Positions 50,452 to 59,837 of a DNA stretch of 64,000 nt are shown piece after piece; the stretch's first letter is position 1, and the number at the start of each line of letters is the position of its first letter. The notes under the pieces are model-generated. The model saw only the letters and a program-made list of their open reading frames with translations, was not told where the DNA came from and ran no database searches. The stretch covers positions 70,704-134,703 of the forward strand of contig JBCCEA010000008.1 of assembly GCA_039030515.1 (NCBI GenBank), given 5' to 3'. This stretch comes from Myxococcota bacterium. GTDB lineage: Bacteria > Myxococcota_A > Polyangia > Polyangiales > Houyiibacteriaceae. The position numbers and the translations under genes were made by a program.

Positions 50452-50480
50452 TGAGCCACTTTCAGGTCTTGCCGCCATTT
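50452..50480 (+). promoter_or_regulatory. Candidate ECF-type promoter TGAGCC-N17-CCATTT
   Basis: Same spacing as the motif at 37401; ~45 nt upstream of ATG 50526. Confidence 0.3.
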
Positions 50481-50525
50481 AGTACGCAGTCGCCGGCGCA
50501 GGGCCGGTCAACGCACGGAGAAACG

Positions 50526-51860
50526 ATGTACGCTAAAAGATCACCCAGCGTCGTGACCCTCTTCGCAGGTCTAGCGACCTTTGCCATTCCGGTCACCGCC
50601 TTCGCACAGCCCTTTGAGTGCGACAATCGATTTGGTCAGTGCGGCACCCCTGAAATCACAGGGGGCGCCTCCGCAACCAGCCCGATCCTCATCGCCAACA
50701 CCGACCTAGGCGATACGTATCAGTCTGCAGACGACTACGACAACGACGGGTTTGAAGACACATTTGATAACTGCGTCCGAAACCACAACCCCGATCAAAG
50801 CGACGCAGACGGAGACGGGGTGGGTGATGCCTGCGACAACTGCGCGGCGATCGCCAATGTCGACCAGCTCGACACCGACGGAGACGGCGACGGTAACGAA
50901 TGCGACGCCGATCGAGATGGGGACGGCGTTGAAAACAGCGGCGACAACTGTCCGGAGAACCCAAATCCGGCGCTCGAAGGGGTGCAGGTCGACACGGACG
51001 GCGACGGCTTAGGCGACGCCTGCGATGACGATATCGACGGGGACGGTCTGGACAACCTTGCAGATGAGTGCCCCCTCAGTGCGGCCGCAAGCGCTGCGGT
51101 CTGTTTCCCCGATGGCGATGGAGATGGCGTTCCTGACGTGCCCGCATCTGGACTCGTGGGCGATGTTTGCGTCGGCTATTTCGACCCGGAACAGCTCGAT
51201 ACCGACGGTGACGGGGTGGGTGATGCCTGCGACCCCGACGCCGATGACGATGGAGTGCTGAATCAGCTCGACAACTGCCCCTTGGACGCCAACCCGAATC
51301 AGCTCGACGCGGATCGAGACGGCTTGGGTGACGACTTCTGCGACAACGACGGCTTTTGCTACAACGTGTTTGGAGACGCCGCGAACTGCCTGGACCCAGC
51401 AGCAGCTCTCGATGTGTTTGCTCCTGACATGATCATGCAGCAGGGCCTCACCTACCGCCTGCCGGTGTTCGCCAACCGCTCCGATGCCACGATGACCTAC
51501 CGCTGGACCCTAAGGGAGCTTCCGAGCGGATCATCCGCCACGGTTCGCAACCCGACCGGTTCGATCGCGGAACAGGTGGAGTTTGAATACGCCTACCTGC
51601 TCCAGGATGGCGCGGTCGCAGACCTCGCTGCTTCGGCCACACTGCGTCCAGATCGGCCCGGTCTGTACGTTGCCGAGCTCACCGTCGAGATAGGTGAAGA
51701 TCCGGTCACCCGTGAGGTCGACGTTTCGGCAAGCCGCGAGATGTTGATCTACGTCGAGGGTGGTGGATCAGGCGATGGCTGCTCCGCTGGGGGCACAGGT
51801 GGCGCATCGCTCGCCTGGATGATGCTGGGACTGCTCCCCTTCATCCGCCGAAGATCGTGA
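50526..51860 (+). CDS. Thrombospondin type-3 repeat surface protein with MYXO-CTERM-like anchor (MtsC-like)
   Basis: Signal peptide (AFA); many DNC..NPDQxDxDGDGVGDACD repeats; Ig/PKD-like domain; C-terminal GCSAGG-hydrophobic-RRRS; GGAG upstream of ATG. Confidence 0.88.
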   Translation: MYAKRSPSVVTLFAGLATFAIPVTAFAQPFECDNRFGQCGTPEITGGASATSPILIANTDLGDTYQSADDYDNDGFEDTFDNCVRNHNPDQSDADGDGVGDACDNCAAIANVDQLDTDGDGDGNECDADRDGDGVENSGDNCPENPNPALEGVQVDTDGDGLGDACDDDIDGDGLDNLADECPLSAAASAAVCFPDGDGDGVPDVPASGLVGDVCVGYFDPEQLDTDGDGVGDACDPDADDDGVLNQLDNCPLDANPNQLDADRDGLGDDFCDNDGFCYNVFGDAANCLDPAAALDVFAPDMIMQQGLTYRLPVFANRSDATMTYRWTLRELPSGSSATVRNPTGSIAEQVEFEYAYLLQDGAVADLAASATLRPDRPGLYVAELTVEIGEDPVTREVDVSASREMLIYVEGGGSGDGCSAGGTGGASLAWMMLGLLPFIRRRS

Positions 51861-51953
51861 CAATTTATTCAAGCTAAGCCACGCTAAGTGAATAAAAGAC
51901 AACTCCACTCTATTGGGTGGAGTTGTTGCCTTTGGGGGATACGAAGGTGTGAG

Positions 51954-54176
51954 ATGTATATATCTTACAGACATCTACGCGTTCGAACGACATTACTGAG
52001 TAGCTTATTGCTTACCTCGTGCATCGTTTCGTGTACGGACGTCGGACTGCAGCTGGAGCCGGCACCGGACCCCGTAACCTTTGACAACCTGCTCAGGGTC
52101 CGAGGGCAACACTGCGTGCAGCCAGACGATGCGCTTGAGTTTCCCGTCAAGGTGCTGCTTGCAGTCGACCAAAGCGCCTCGCTGCAGTGTACCGATAGCC
52201 TCGACCGACGTTTTCAAGCGCTCGATGAAGCACTCGATCAGTTGCTGTCACAACCTTCGGTCAGTGTGGGTTTTGTAGGCTTTGCAAGCTGGGCAAGGTC
52301 GGTCCCATTCACAAGGAACCGCGAGGAGATTCAATCCTTGATCACCGACGGGGGAGGCAGCGCTACCGACTATCAGGGAGCCCTCGCAGCCATCGCCGCC
52401 ACCCTTGAAAACGACATGATCACCTCACCCGCTGGGGACCGAGCCCGAACCCGGTATGTCGTCGTCTTCATGAGCGACGGATCCCCGGAACCTCAGTGCA
52501 ATGCCGGCTGCGAGGACGGCGAAAGCTTCGGTGTGGCTCCCGGCCCCTTCTTTGTCGGTACTTGCGACAACGGGACCGACGACGACGGAGACGGACTCGT
52601 CGATGAAAACGACCCCAATTGCCAAGACCCGGATCGACTCGATCCTCCGTTTTCTCCTTGCAACTTCGGGGGACGCAACAGCCTGCCGATCGAGGACGAT
52701 GAGTTCATCGATTTCGCCGGAGTGTGCCCCGACTACAATCAGACGCCGCAAATCGAACAGCGGGTGCGCGACATCATGGAGCTGCAGGAGATCTATGATG
52801 TAGGAGGCATCTCCCTGAATACGGTGCTCATTTTCTCGCCTCAAGAAGTGGTCAACGCGATCTGCTCCGCGGACGCCCAAAATGTATTTGGATTCGACCG
52901 AGTGGAAGCGACCGTGGTGATGCGTGCGATGTCCACTGAGGGCCAGGGCATCTTTCGCGACGTGGATGTTTCGGAGGACGCGACGGACTTTTTGGAGTTC
53001 GACTTTCGGCCTCTGGAGGCACCTCAATGGCTTTCCGGTTTGATAGCAGACAACCAACATACGCGGCCCACCAGCTCGGGAGTCACCCCCGACACCGATA
53101 CCGACGGCCTCTCGGACGAACGGGAATTCTTGGTCGGAACCGATCGCGACCTCAGAGACTCAGAGCTGCCTAGCGGAGACGGCTACAGCGATGCGCTGGA
53201 GTGGAGACTCTCGGCATCCGGCTACGATCCGCTCAGTACGATGGATCCCCCGGTGCCGTGTTTGGACTCTGCCGATCAAGACGGGGACGAACTGACCAAC
53301 TGCGAAGAAGCCGCACTGGAAACGAATCCACTCCTCGCAGACAGCGACAACGACCAGATGACCGACTTCCTGGAGGTGGTTGCTGGACTTGATCCGCTCA
53401 CTCCCGATGCAGAATTCGATTTGGATTTCGACGGAATCCCGAATCGAGAGGAACTCCGAGCAGGGACCGACCCTTCTACCCCAGACGAAGACCTCTATCG
53501 CTTTCAGCGGCAGAACTATCAGGTGGACGATCTCGGTCGCCAACAAATCGATGGAGACGAGCGACGGTGTTACGATTTCGACGTGGATGGGATTCAAATG
53601 GTGGAAACGCCGGTGGTCTCGGAGCGAGGACTGAATCGAGTGCTCGTCTACGCCCATGAGCAGCCAGCCCTTCTGTCCGGCTCTGACGGGTTCACCTATG
53701 TCGCCTGCTTCGAGGCGTTCTACTTCGGCGAAACGAGCAAAGTCCCTGCAAGCGGGTTCATCGACGCCTCCCAGGAAGGCTGGACGCAAATGCTCACAAC
53801 GCTCCAGACCGAGGTCGACTCCCTGATCGAATGTCCCTGGTTTCCGGAAGGATTCACCCGCAATCGAGTCAACCGCATCAGCACCGAGTGCTTGGCAGAG
53901 GATGTTGTCCTCGGACGCTTTCTCTATAGCGCCAGCGAAAGGGTCGACCTCATCGAAGCTTATATCGCGCGAAACCTCGGTATGACCCTCCCTCTCGAGG
54001 CGTTTCGGCTGTTCCATCGAATCGAGGAGTTCGATCCGGACTCCGACTGCGTGCGCCCCTGGGAGATGGAACGTCTGCTCGAGCTTTTTGCGCAGATCAA
54101 AACCGCCTGCCTCTGTCAGCAGCCACCAGCCTCGGATATGATGTCTTCGTTTGTCAGTCCGTGTTGCTCCGAATGA
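51954..54176 (+). CDS. VWA + Ca-binding repeat lipoprotein (Mts/CglB-like)
   Basis: Lipobox IVSC; MIDAS DQSAS, TDYQGAL, FMSDG; DTDTDG/DSDND repeats. Confidence 0.82.
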   Translation: MYISYRHLRVRTTLLSSLLLTSCIVSCTDVGLQLEPAPDPVTFDNLLRVRGQHCVQPDDALEFPVKVLLAVDQSASLQCTDSLDRRFQALDEALDQLLSQPSVSVGFVGFASWARSVPFTRNREEIQSLITDGGGSATDYQGALAAIAATLENDMITSPAGDRARTRYVVVFMSDGSPEPQCNAGCEDGESFGVAPGPFFVGTCDNGTDDDGDGLVDENDPNCQDPDRLDPPFSPCNFGGRNSLPIEDDEFIDFAGVCPDYNQTPQIEQRVRDIMELQEIYDVGGISLNTVLIFSPQEVVNAICSADAQNVFGFDRVEATVVMRAMSTEGQGIFRDVDVSEDATDFLEFDFRPLEAPQWLSGLIADNQHTRPTSSGVTPDTDTDGLSDEREFLVGTDRDLRDSELPSGDGYSDALEWRLSASGYDPLSTMDPPVPCLDSADQDGDELTNCEEAALETNPLLADSDNDQMTDFLEVVAGLDPLTPDAEFDLDFDGIPNREELRAGTDPSTPDEDLYRFQRQNYQVDDLGRQQIDGDERRCYDFDVDGIQMVETPVVSERGLNRVLVYAHEQPALLSGSDGFTYVACFEAFYFGETSKVPASGFIDASQEGWTQMLTTLQTEVDSLIECPWFPEGFTRNRVNRISTECLAEDVVLGRFLYSASERVDLIEAYIARNLGMTLPLEAFRLFHRIEEFDPDSDCVRPWEMERLLELFAQIKTACLCQQPPASDMMSSFVSPCCSE

Positions 54177-56287
54177 AGGACACCTCCCTAAATTGGCTGC
54201 CCCGACTGCTTGCAATGGGCTCTATCGCAGTGGTGATCGGCATCGCCTGCAGCGACGTAGAGTTTGTGGAAATCGAGCGTGAAACCACGAGCCGTGACGA
54301 CCGTTTCGCGATCGGCGGAACGCTGTGCACTCGGACGCCCGATACCCGCGTCACCCCGCTTCGGGTCATCTTTGTCGTCGACTCCTCAGACTCGATGGCG
54401 GTGAGCGATCCACCCGATCCTTTCACGCTCGAGTCGGGACGTCAGCGCGCCGTACGAGAAACCTGGGAGGAGCTGCTGGATGGCGATCCGGAGGCGGTTC
54501 GGATCAGCATCGTACGGTTCTCTTCTGAGGCTCAAGGCTCGACCGCCATCGACGAAGACGGCGACAACATTGTCGATACCTACTTTACCGCCGATCGAGC
54601 CGTCCTTGCCGCGGCCACGGATCGACTTGGAATCACCAACCGAACCACAAACTACGCTACCGCTCTTGCAGAGGCGTTTCTCGAGATACGCACCGAACTT
54701 CAGCAGGCCGATGAAGAATCACTGCCGTTGTCTCGATACGTCGTCGTCTTCCTCAGCGACGGACTACCCGACGGGGATCGAAGTGATGCGGCAGAAGAAG
54801 CGATCGATGGAGTCAATGAGCTTCTCGACCTCACCAATATATTTCGCGTCGGTACTTTCGAATTTCATACCGCGTATCTTTCTTCAGGACTCGGTCCAGA
54901 GCTGGATCGGGAGGCGCAAGAGCTGCTCCAGGAGATGGCAGAAGTCGGCGGGGGAACCTTTCGGAACTTCCCCAGCGGAGAGTCGATCAACTTCTTATTT
55001 GTGAATCTGACGTCGATCCGCAGCGTATTCACGATCAGCGGCATGTCTGCCTTCAACCTGAATAGCGTGACCGATATCGATCAGATCCAGGCCATTCCCG
55101 TTCCGCCTTCACGACTGGACAGCGGCATGGGCGACGCGACTCTGCTGGACGGCGGCGCCCTGCTCGACGCGACTCTGCTGGACGGCGGCACCCTGCTCGA
55201 TGGCGGCAATGCGAAGCCGACACTCGACTCGGGTAGTCTCAATAGCGATGCAAGTATATTCGATGAAGACGGGGGCCCCGACGCGACGATCGTACCCGCC
55301 GAACCTTCTCCTAGGAACTTCTCCGACCGAGATGGCGACGAGTGGCCCAACTGCGGAGAACCGCTGAGCGATACCGATGGAGACGGCCTGAGCGATCTGG
55401 TCGAGGTGGAAGTCGGAACGAATCCCTGGGTACCCGACACCGACGACGATGGGCTACGCGACGTGATCGAGTGGCGACTCGCGGGACTGAGCCCCCTCGA
55501 TCCCGATGATTCCGGATGTTTGACGCGGGAAACCTGCCGCGACGAAGACGGCGATACCTTTTGTGATTGCATCGGTGATGCAGATCTCGATGGAGTGTGC
55601 GACTGCGTCGACTTTGATTTCCTCGAGTGCGCAGACGATTCGGGACACGACTGTGTCGACCTTGATTTAGACGGATTCTGCGACTGTCCCGAACAAGATG
55701 CCGAGGGTCGCTGCATTTACGACGATCGGGACAACGATCTGCTCAACGACTGCGAGGAGCAGTACAACGGAACCCGCCAACTCAGCTACGACAGCGAGCC
55801 CGATGGTATCGCCGACCTGCTCGAAATCCATCGCCGAGGAGATCCGACTGACTTTGACTCACTCTTCGATGGTGACTGGGACGAGTCGGACAACGAATCA
55901 GAACTTCTAAGCGGCACCGATCTCTTCTGCGACGAGTCTCCGATTCGCTCCCGGGTGAGCTACCGTAGAGATTTTGAAACGCTGGAAACCCGAGACGGCC
56001 AAACCTGTTATCGATTCGAGTTCCGGAACCTGCCTCTGATGCCGACCCTTCCCAATGCGACGGTGGCGTACCCCGGCAATGGCTGGAATCGATTCCTCGT
56101 GTACGCGCACGAAACCAGCTTCGACGATCCCGACGCATTTGCGAGCATACGGGTGGCCTGCGTCATGGCCCGATACGAACCCGAGGGAGACTACAAGAAC
56201 CCGCCCTCAGGACGCTTCCAACTTAGCGAAGAGGACTTTATCGATGAGGAAAACTTCGACCCCGAAGCACACTGCATCTGGCCTTAG
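54173..56287 (+). CDS. VWA + Ca-binding repeat lipoprotein (Mts/CglB-like)
   Basis: Lipobox GIAC; MIDAS DSSDS, TNYATAL, FLSDG; Cys/Asp-rich repeats; ATGA overlap with the previous gene. Confidence 0.82.
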   Translation: MKDTSLNWLPRLLAMGSIAVVIGIACSDVEFVEIERETTSRDDRFAIGGTLCTRTPDTRVTPLRVIFVVDSSDSMAVSDPPDPFTLESGRQRAVRETWEELLDGDPEAVRISIVRFSSEAQGSTAIDEDGDNIVDTYFTADRAVLAAATDRLGITNRTTNYATALAEAFLEIRTELQQADEESLPLSRYVVVFLSDGLPDGDRSDAAEEAIDGVNELLDLTNIFRVGTFEFHTAYLSSGLGPELDREAQELLQEMAEVGGGTFRNFPSGESINFLFVNLTSIRSVFTISGMSAFNLNSVTDIDQIQAIPVPPSRLDSGMGDATLLDGGALLDATLLDGGTLLDGGNAKPTLDSGSLNSDASIFDEDGGPDATIVPAEPSPRNFSDRDGDEWPNCGEPLSDTDGDGLSDLVEVEVGTNPWVPDTDDDGLRDVIEWRLAGLSPLDPDDSGCLTRETCRDEDGDTFCDCIGDADLDGVCDCVDFDFLECADDSGHDCVDLDLDGFCDCPEQDAEGRCIYDDRDNDLLNDCEEQYNGTRQLSYDSEPDGIADLLEIHRRGDPTDFDSLFDGDWDESDNESELLSGTDLFCDESPIRSRVSYRRDFETLETRDGQTCYRFEFRNLPLMPTLPNATVAYPGNGWNRFLVYAHETSFDDPDAFASIRVACVMARYEPEGDYKNPPSGRFQLSEEDFIDEENFDPEAHCIWP
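55133..55198 (+). repeat. 33-bp in-frame tandem duplication (DATLLDGGALL / DATLLDGGTLL)
   Basis: 55133-55165 vs 55166-55198, one mismatch. Confidence 0.9.
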
Positions 56288-56311
56288 TCGGCTCCTCCGT
56301 CTCGAGCATTG

Positions 56312-56365
56312 TCTCTCGAAGCGGCAACATCTCTCGAGACGGCAACATCTCTTGAGACCGCAAAG
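56312..56365 (+). repeat. Three imperfect 18-bp tandem units
   Basis: TCTCTCGAAGCGGCAACA / TCTCTCGAGACGGCAACA / TCTCTTGAGACCGCAAAG. Confidence 0.75.
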
Positions 56366-58409
56366 AGCTCAGGAGGATCGACGCAGCGTTGCGACACGTC
56401 TTTTTACCCGGCACCTGTTCACGACAGGCGCAGCGCTCTTCTCAACCGCTCTGTTAGCGGGCTGCCCGGGCGACAGCACATCCGCCGAAGACGGTGGGAG
56501 CTTTGTGGGCTGCATTCAGGACTTATCGCTCGGCCCGGACAGCGCCGAAAGCTTGGGCGCCACTGCCGAGGGCTATCTCTGCCCGTCGGTCGATGAAGAC
56601 TGGTACAGCTTCACCGTTCCCGAGGGCGACACGCTCCTCAACCTGCAGCTGACGATCGACAATGCCCGCTCTCCCGTCGAGGCCACGTATGTCATCTCGA
56701 CGGCAGACGCACCGGAGACTGCGGTGGTGGCCTCACTGGGCTCGGACGTGCAGCCGGGCGCTGCATACGACGACACGCACTGCGTTGAGCCCGGAAACTA
56801 CCTGGTCGTGGTGCGAGACGAGAATCAAGACGCAGAAGACATACGCAACCCGTACGCCCTCCAAATTCAAACGGAGCCAGACCCCGACAGCCTCGAGCCG
56901 AACGAGTCCTCAACCGAAGCGACGGTGGTGTCGATGAGCACTCCGACGAGCGGCTATATTTCTTGCATAGGCGATGTCGACTACTTCGAGTTTCAAGTGC
57001 CCGAGCAAAAATCGGTCACGCTCACCCTGACGAGCGGCGCACCTCTCGGCTACGAACCTCGGGTCACGCTCGAACAGAGCGACGGAACCGCCATCCTTGA
57101 AGACAGCGATCCCCGCGGCACTCTTGAGGCGACTTCGATCACGCTGGAGCGACAACTCAGTCCGGGAACCTACCGGGTGCGGGTGGAGGACAGCGGCAAC
57201 GATGGCGCAAACAGTACTGTCGCCTACGTGCTCACCTTCGGGCTCTTCGAAGATCCAGACGTCAACGAACCGAACGACCGCCCCGCAAACGCAACTTCCC
57301 TTGGCACACTATCGTGCGCGGGCGCGTGGTCCGAATATCGACTTGCCTCCGGCGCACTCGTCACGGCAGCCGACAACGACTGGTATGTGGTCAACCTTGA
57401 CGGCTGCGAGGGAGACGTCATCGAAGTCGAGGCGATGCTAGACACCTCGTCGCTCTCCGATGCTGCGGCCTGGGAAATGCAAGATCAGGTGCAGATCGCG
57501 GTCGGCATCGTGCGTGATGTTCCCGGCAGCGCCTGCAACGAGGACGACGACTGCATCGTGTTGTCCAATATTTGCTCGAGCAATCTTGACTGCGCGGGCT
57601 TGGGCGAGTCCTGTCAGTCCGACGGGCGATGCGCCGGCACCCGAGCCTGCCTGCCGAGCGGTGTGTGCAGCGCAAGACAAACCTTTCGCGCCTATCAGGA
57701 GCAAGCAGTGCCCGACCCGATACAGGGCAGACCGCCCGAGAACCAAGTGCGCATGGCGGCGCCCATTCTCTCGAGCGGGGCAGTTTGGATCTTGGTCTCC
57801 GACTTCCAGTCGAACGGCGGAGCGCCAAACGCCCTCTACAACCTGCGCGTGCGTGTCCAAACCGAACCTGACGGCCACGAGCCGGACAACCGGTACACCA
57901 GCAGCCCGGCGACGATCGCCGCGCTCGACCCGATCGAGACGGAATTCACCGTTCACGACTGCACAGAGGGAGATTGCTGCAGTTCGGACAAAATGGTGTC
58001 GGCGCATATCAGCTACGATGGAGACCAAGACTTCTTCGCCGGCACCCATCCCTGTAGCGGCGTAGGCTGCATGCTGCGTCTGCACTACGAGTCGGACAGC
58101 GGCGACGTGCCGGCGGCGCTCAGGCTTCGAACTTCGGCGGGTCCTTGGTATGACGCTCTTGTGGAGCCGGGAACAAGCGGCACCATCGGAGATGAAGGCC
58201 GACCGGTGGGGGAGCGGCAGTGTATCGTCGCCGACCGGAGTCATAGCGAGAGGCCCTTTGAAATGCTCTTCTACTATTTCAATCTGGCAGACCCGTCTGA
58301 AACCGGATGGGATGCCGACCAAACCGTTCGATTCTGTTTGGAGGTGACATCCTATGAATGCGAGAGCCCGTGCGTTCCGTCCGGAGAGGACTGCTTACTT
58401 GCGCCTTGA
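56352..58409 (+). CDS. Lipoprotein with repeated PPC-like beta-sandwich domains and Cys-rich inserts
   Basis: Lipobox LAGC; repeated EPN..A..GYI...DxD(W/Y)(Y/F) and PGxYxVxVxD motifs; in-frame TTG at 56352. Confidence 0.72.
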   Translation: MRPQRAQEDRRSVATRLFTRHLFTTGAALFSTALLAGCPGDSTSAEDGGSFVGCIQDLSLGPDSAESLGATAEGYLCPSVDEDWYSFTVPEGDTLLNLQLTIDNARSPVEATYVISTADAPETAVVASLGSDVQPGAAYDDTHCVEPGNYLVVVRDENQDAEDIRNPYALQIQTEPDPDSLEPNESSTEATVVSMSTPTSGYISCIGDVDYFEFQVPEQKSVTLTLTSGAPLGYEPRVTLEQSDGTAILEDSDPRGTLEATSITLERQLSPGTYRVRVEDSGNDGANSTVAYVLTFGLFEDPDVNEPNDRPANATSLGTLSCAGAWSEYRLASGALVTAADNDWYVVNLDGCEGDVIEVEAMLDTSSLSDAAAWEMQDQVQIAVGIVRDVPGSACNEDDDCIVLSNICSSNLDCAGLGESCQSDGRCAGTRACLPSGVCSARQTFRAYQEQAVPDPIQGRPPENQVRMAAPILSSGAVWILVSDFQSNGGAPNALYNLRVRVQTEPDGHEPDNRYTSSPATIAALDPIETEFTVHDCTEGDCCSSDKMVSAHISYDGDQDFFAGTHPCSGVGCMLRLHYESDSGDVPAALRLRTSAGPWYDALVEPGTSGTIGDEGRPVGERQCIVADRSHSERPFEMLFYYFNLADPSETGWDADQTVRFCLEVTSYECESPCVPSGEDCLLAP

Positions 58410-58440
58410 GGTATCGACGGGGAGCGCCCAGTTCCATTGG

Positions 58441-59817
58441 TTGCGCGCCTGTATGATCTCGCTACCGCTCATGTGCGGCGGGGCCTGCTCCGACGACAGC
58501 AGCTCAAGCGACAGCGGGGGCACGGACGCATCGGCACCGAGACCCGGTGATTCGGGAGTTTCCTCAAACTGGATGGTCACCCAAGTATCGGCGACCAACG
58601 CCGGCCGAAACTTGAACATGGCGATCGTCGATTCCGAGCCTGTGCTCGCCTACTACGGTTCGGATTCGGTCGACGATGGGCGCTGCTTTGAGGTCGCCGG
58701 TGAGGAAACGACAGATCGAACGGTGTGGCCTATCTATCAAGCGCGTCCCGAGGGGATCTCCGGCTACGCCGAAACCCAGTTCGCAGAAGTGCTCTCCCTG
58801 GTGCAGCCAAGAGGGCTCGACATCGGCGCGATCGATTCCAGCATACGCGTCGCGGCAGCGGGCGGAGAGGCCTACAACCAGGGACGCAATCAACTCTGCA
58901 GCGCCCACGACCTCGTGCTCTTCGGGGAGGACGGTAGCGAAACCACCCTGGTCTCCGACAGCGGCGAAGTTGCGGTCGATGCTGCAAGCGACGCGGGATT
59001 TGCCGTGGGCTACTTTCCCTCCCTTGCCTACAATTCAGGCGGCACCCAGGGGATCATCGCCTACCGAGACGAACACTTCGGGGGGATTCAAAGCGATGAC
59101 GAACGTCGCGCTGACCTCGAAGCGGTACTGCTCGACGCGTCAGGCAACCGCACCCAAGTGCTCGCGATCGACCCTGGTCGTGGCGCCGGCCGGTACTCCG
59201 ACGCGGTCTTCGATGCAAACGGCACCGCCTACGTCGCCTATGTAAACGACTTCGAATTCGACGCTACCTCTCGAGGTACGCTGGTGGCGCGCATCACCGG
59301 TCTTCAGTCGGGGGACACCGAAGCGATCGAGATCGCCCGCGTAGGTGAGACGACTGCCGAGGGCCCTTCTATTTGGATCGGCGCAGACGACCGAGTGCGG
59401 GTCGCGTACTACGAGGAGAGCCGCGGGCAGGTCGCGATCGCTACCCTGGCCGACGAGGAATCTTTTGACACCGGCTGGGAAACCGTATTCGTGGGAGCTG
59501 CGGGCTACAACGAGGGGCAAGACCCAGCGGGCGCCAGCTTCGAAGACGGCACCATCGCCGTCGCCTACTACCGCTGCGGCCGCGTTTCCAGCAGCACCGA
59601 ATGCGACTCGAGAGAAGACGGCCTGGTCGTTGCGATTCGCGCGCCTGGGGAAGAGGAGTTTGAGGTGGAGCTCGTCGATCCGGGAGAAGACACCGGAAGG
59701 TGCGGCGCTTATGCTGCGCTTACCTTCGATGACGCCGGCGACCTGTTCGCTGGATATCTCTGTCAAACGCTCATCGAGGGCAGACTCGAAGATCGAGTCC
59801 ACGTGGCTGTGTTTTAG
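58441..59817 (+). CDS. Lipoprotein, probable beta-propeller
   Basis: Lipobox-like GGAC then Ser/Asp linker; repeated G-x-Y-x-S/D...(I/V)AYY blade motifs; start approximate. Confidence 0.65.
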   Translation: MRACMISLPLMCGGACSDDSSSSDSGGTDASAPRPGDSGVSSNWMVTQVSATNAGRNLNMAIVDSEPVLAYYGSDSVDDGRCFEVAGEETTDRTVWPIYQARPEGISGYAETQFAEVLSLVQPRGLDIGAIDSSIRVAAAGGEAYNQGRNQLCSAHDLVLFGEDGSETTLVSDSGEVAVDAASDAGFAVGYFPSLAYNSGGTQGIIAYRDEHFGGIQSDDERRADLEAVLLDASGNRTQVLAIDPGRGAGRYSDAVFDANGTAYVAYVNDFEFDATSRGTLVARITGLQSGDTEAIEIARVGETTAEGPSIWIGADDRVRVAYYEESRGQVAIATLADEESFDTGWETVFVGAAGYNEGQDPAGASFEDGTIAVAYYRCGRVSSSTECDSREDGLVVAIRAPGEEEFEVELVDPGEDTGRCGAYAALTFDDAGDLFAGYLCQTLIEGRLEDRVHVAVF

Positions 59818-59837
59818 GCGGAATTGAGCAAACGATC

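Noticed and set aside
56371..56410. Frameshifted start (AGGAGGA then out-of-frame TTG and a T5 run) for the PPC-like lipoprotein
   Set aside because: An in-frame TTG at 56352 gives an acceptable lipoprotein signal, so no frameshift is needed.
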